Shown here in pieces: positions 63,878 through 64,000 of a stretch of DNA of 64,000 nucleotides (the first letter of the stretch is position 1; each line of letters opens with the position of its first letter). Source of the DNA: an uncultured Pseudomonadales bacterium (GTDB taxonomy: Bacteria; Patescibacteriota; Microgenomatia; UBA1400; MFAQ01); contig CAYHNG010000006.1 in assembly GCA_964357975.1 (NCBI GenBank), forward strand, positions 487 through 64,486, read 5' to 3'. The notes beneath the pieces were generated by a model. The model saw only the letters and a list, made by a program, of their open reading frames with translations. It ran no database searches and was not told the DNA's origin. A program made the translations under genes and the position numbers.

Positions 63878-64000
63878 TAATTTATATTAGCAGAGTACTC
63901 TATAATATCCTTATGAAAATGAGCAGAATGGGCGTGAAGCCCGAAAAGATGGCACCAAAAGATGCCGAAACAATAAATCACAAACTTCTTGTCCAGGCAG

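Overview
The window is dense bacterial DNA with compact, often overlapping genes on both strands. Gene content and style suggest a small-genome lineage, possibly Patescibacteria/CPR; this is inference only. Recognisable housekeeping genes are secA, serS, prfB (RF2, intact with no frameshift), greA, nfo, ftsE/ftsX with an EnvC-like M23 peptidase, a cyclophilin PPIase, a DacA-like carboxypeptidase, a TrmH/RlmB-like methyltransferase and one tRNA-Glu(CUC). Accessory content includes two paralogous HlyD/MacB-type ABC efflux modules, one next to an intramembrane-sensing two-component system; a cytochrome b5-like protein paired with a NOX/ferric-reductase-like flavocytochrome; and an AT-rich island of about 10 kb directly 3' of the tRNA-Glu. 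The island carries a Type I R-M system with fused HsdM-HsdS and a compact HsdR, a catalytically dead FtsK-like protein with its KOPS-binding gamma domain moved to the N-terminus, a tandem zinc-ribbon repeat protein and several ORFans. The most system-like novelty candidates are (i) the 333-5908 cluster, a PD-(D/E)xK-like small protein plus two ORFans followed by a zinc-ribbon-DEAH-S1 helicase, and (ii) the island block 41075-45100 around the dead FtsK. Other calls are an orphan structured ncRNA of about 295 nt with its own sigma70 promoter and terminator at 5905-6232, a probable T-box leader upstream of serS, a short dispersed repeat that appears to add a C-terminal tail to FtsE, and a frameshifted NUDIX gene. 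All calls rest on reading the sequence and ORF translations, with no database searches; small-feature coordinates are within a few nucleotides.
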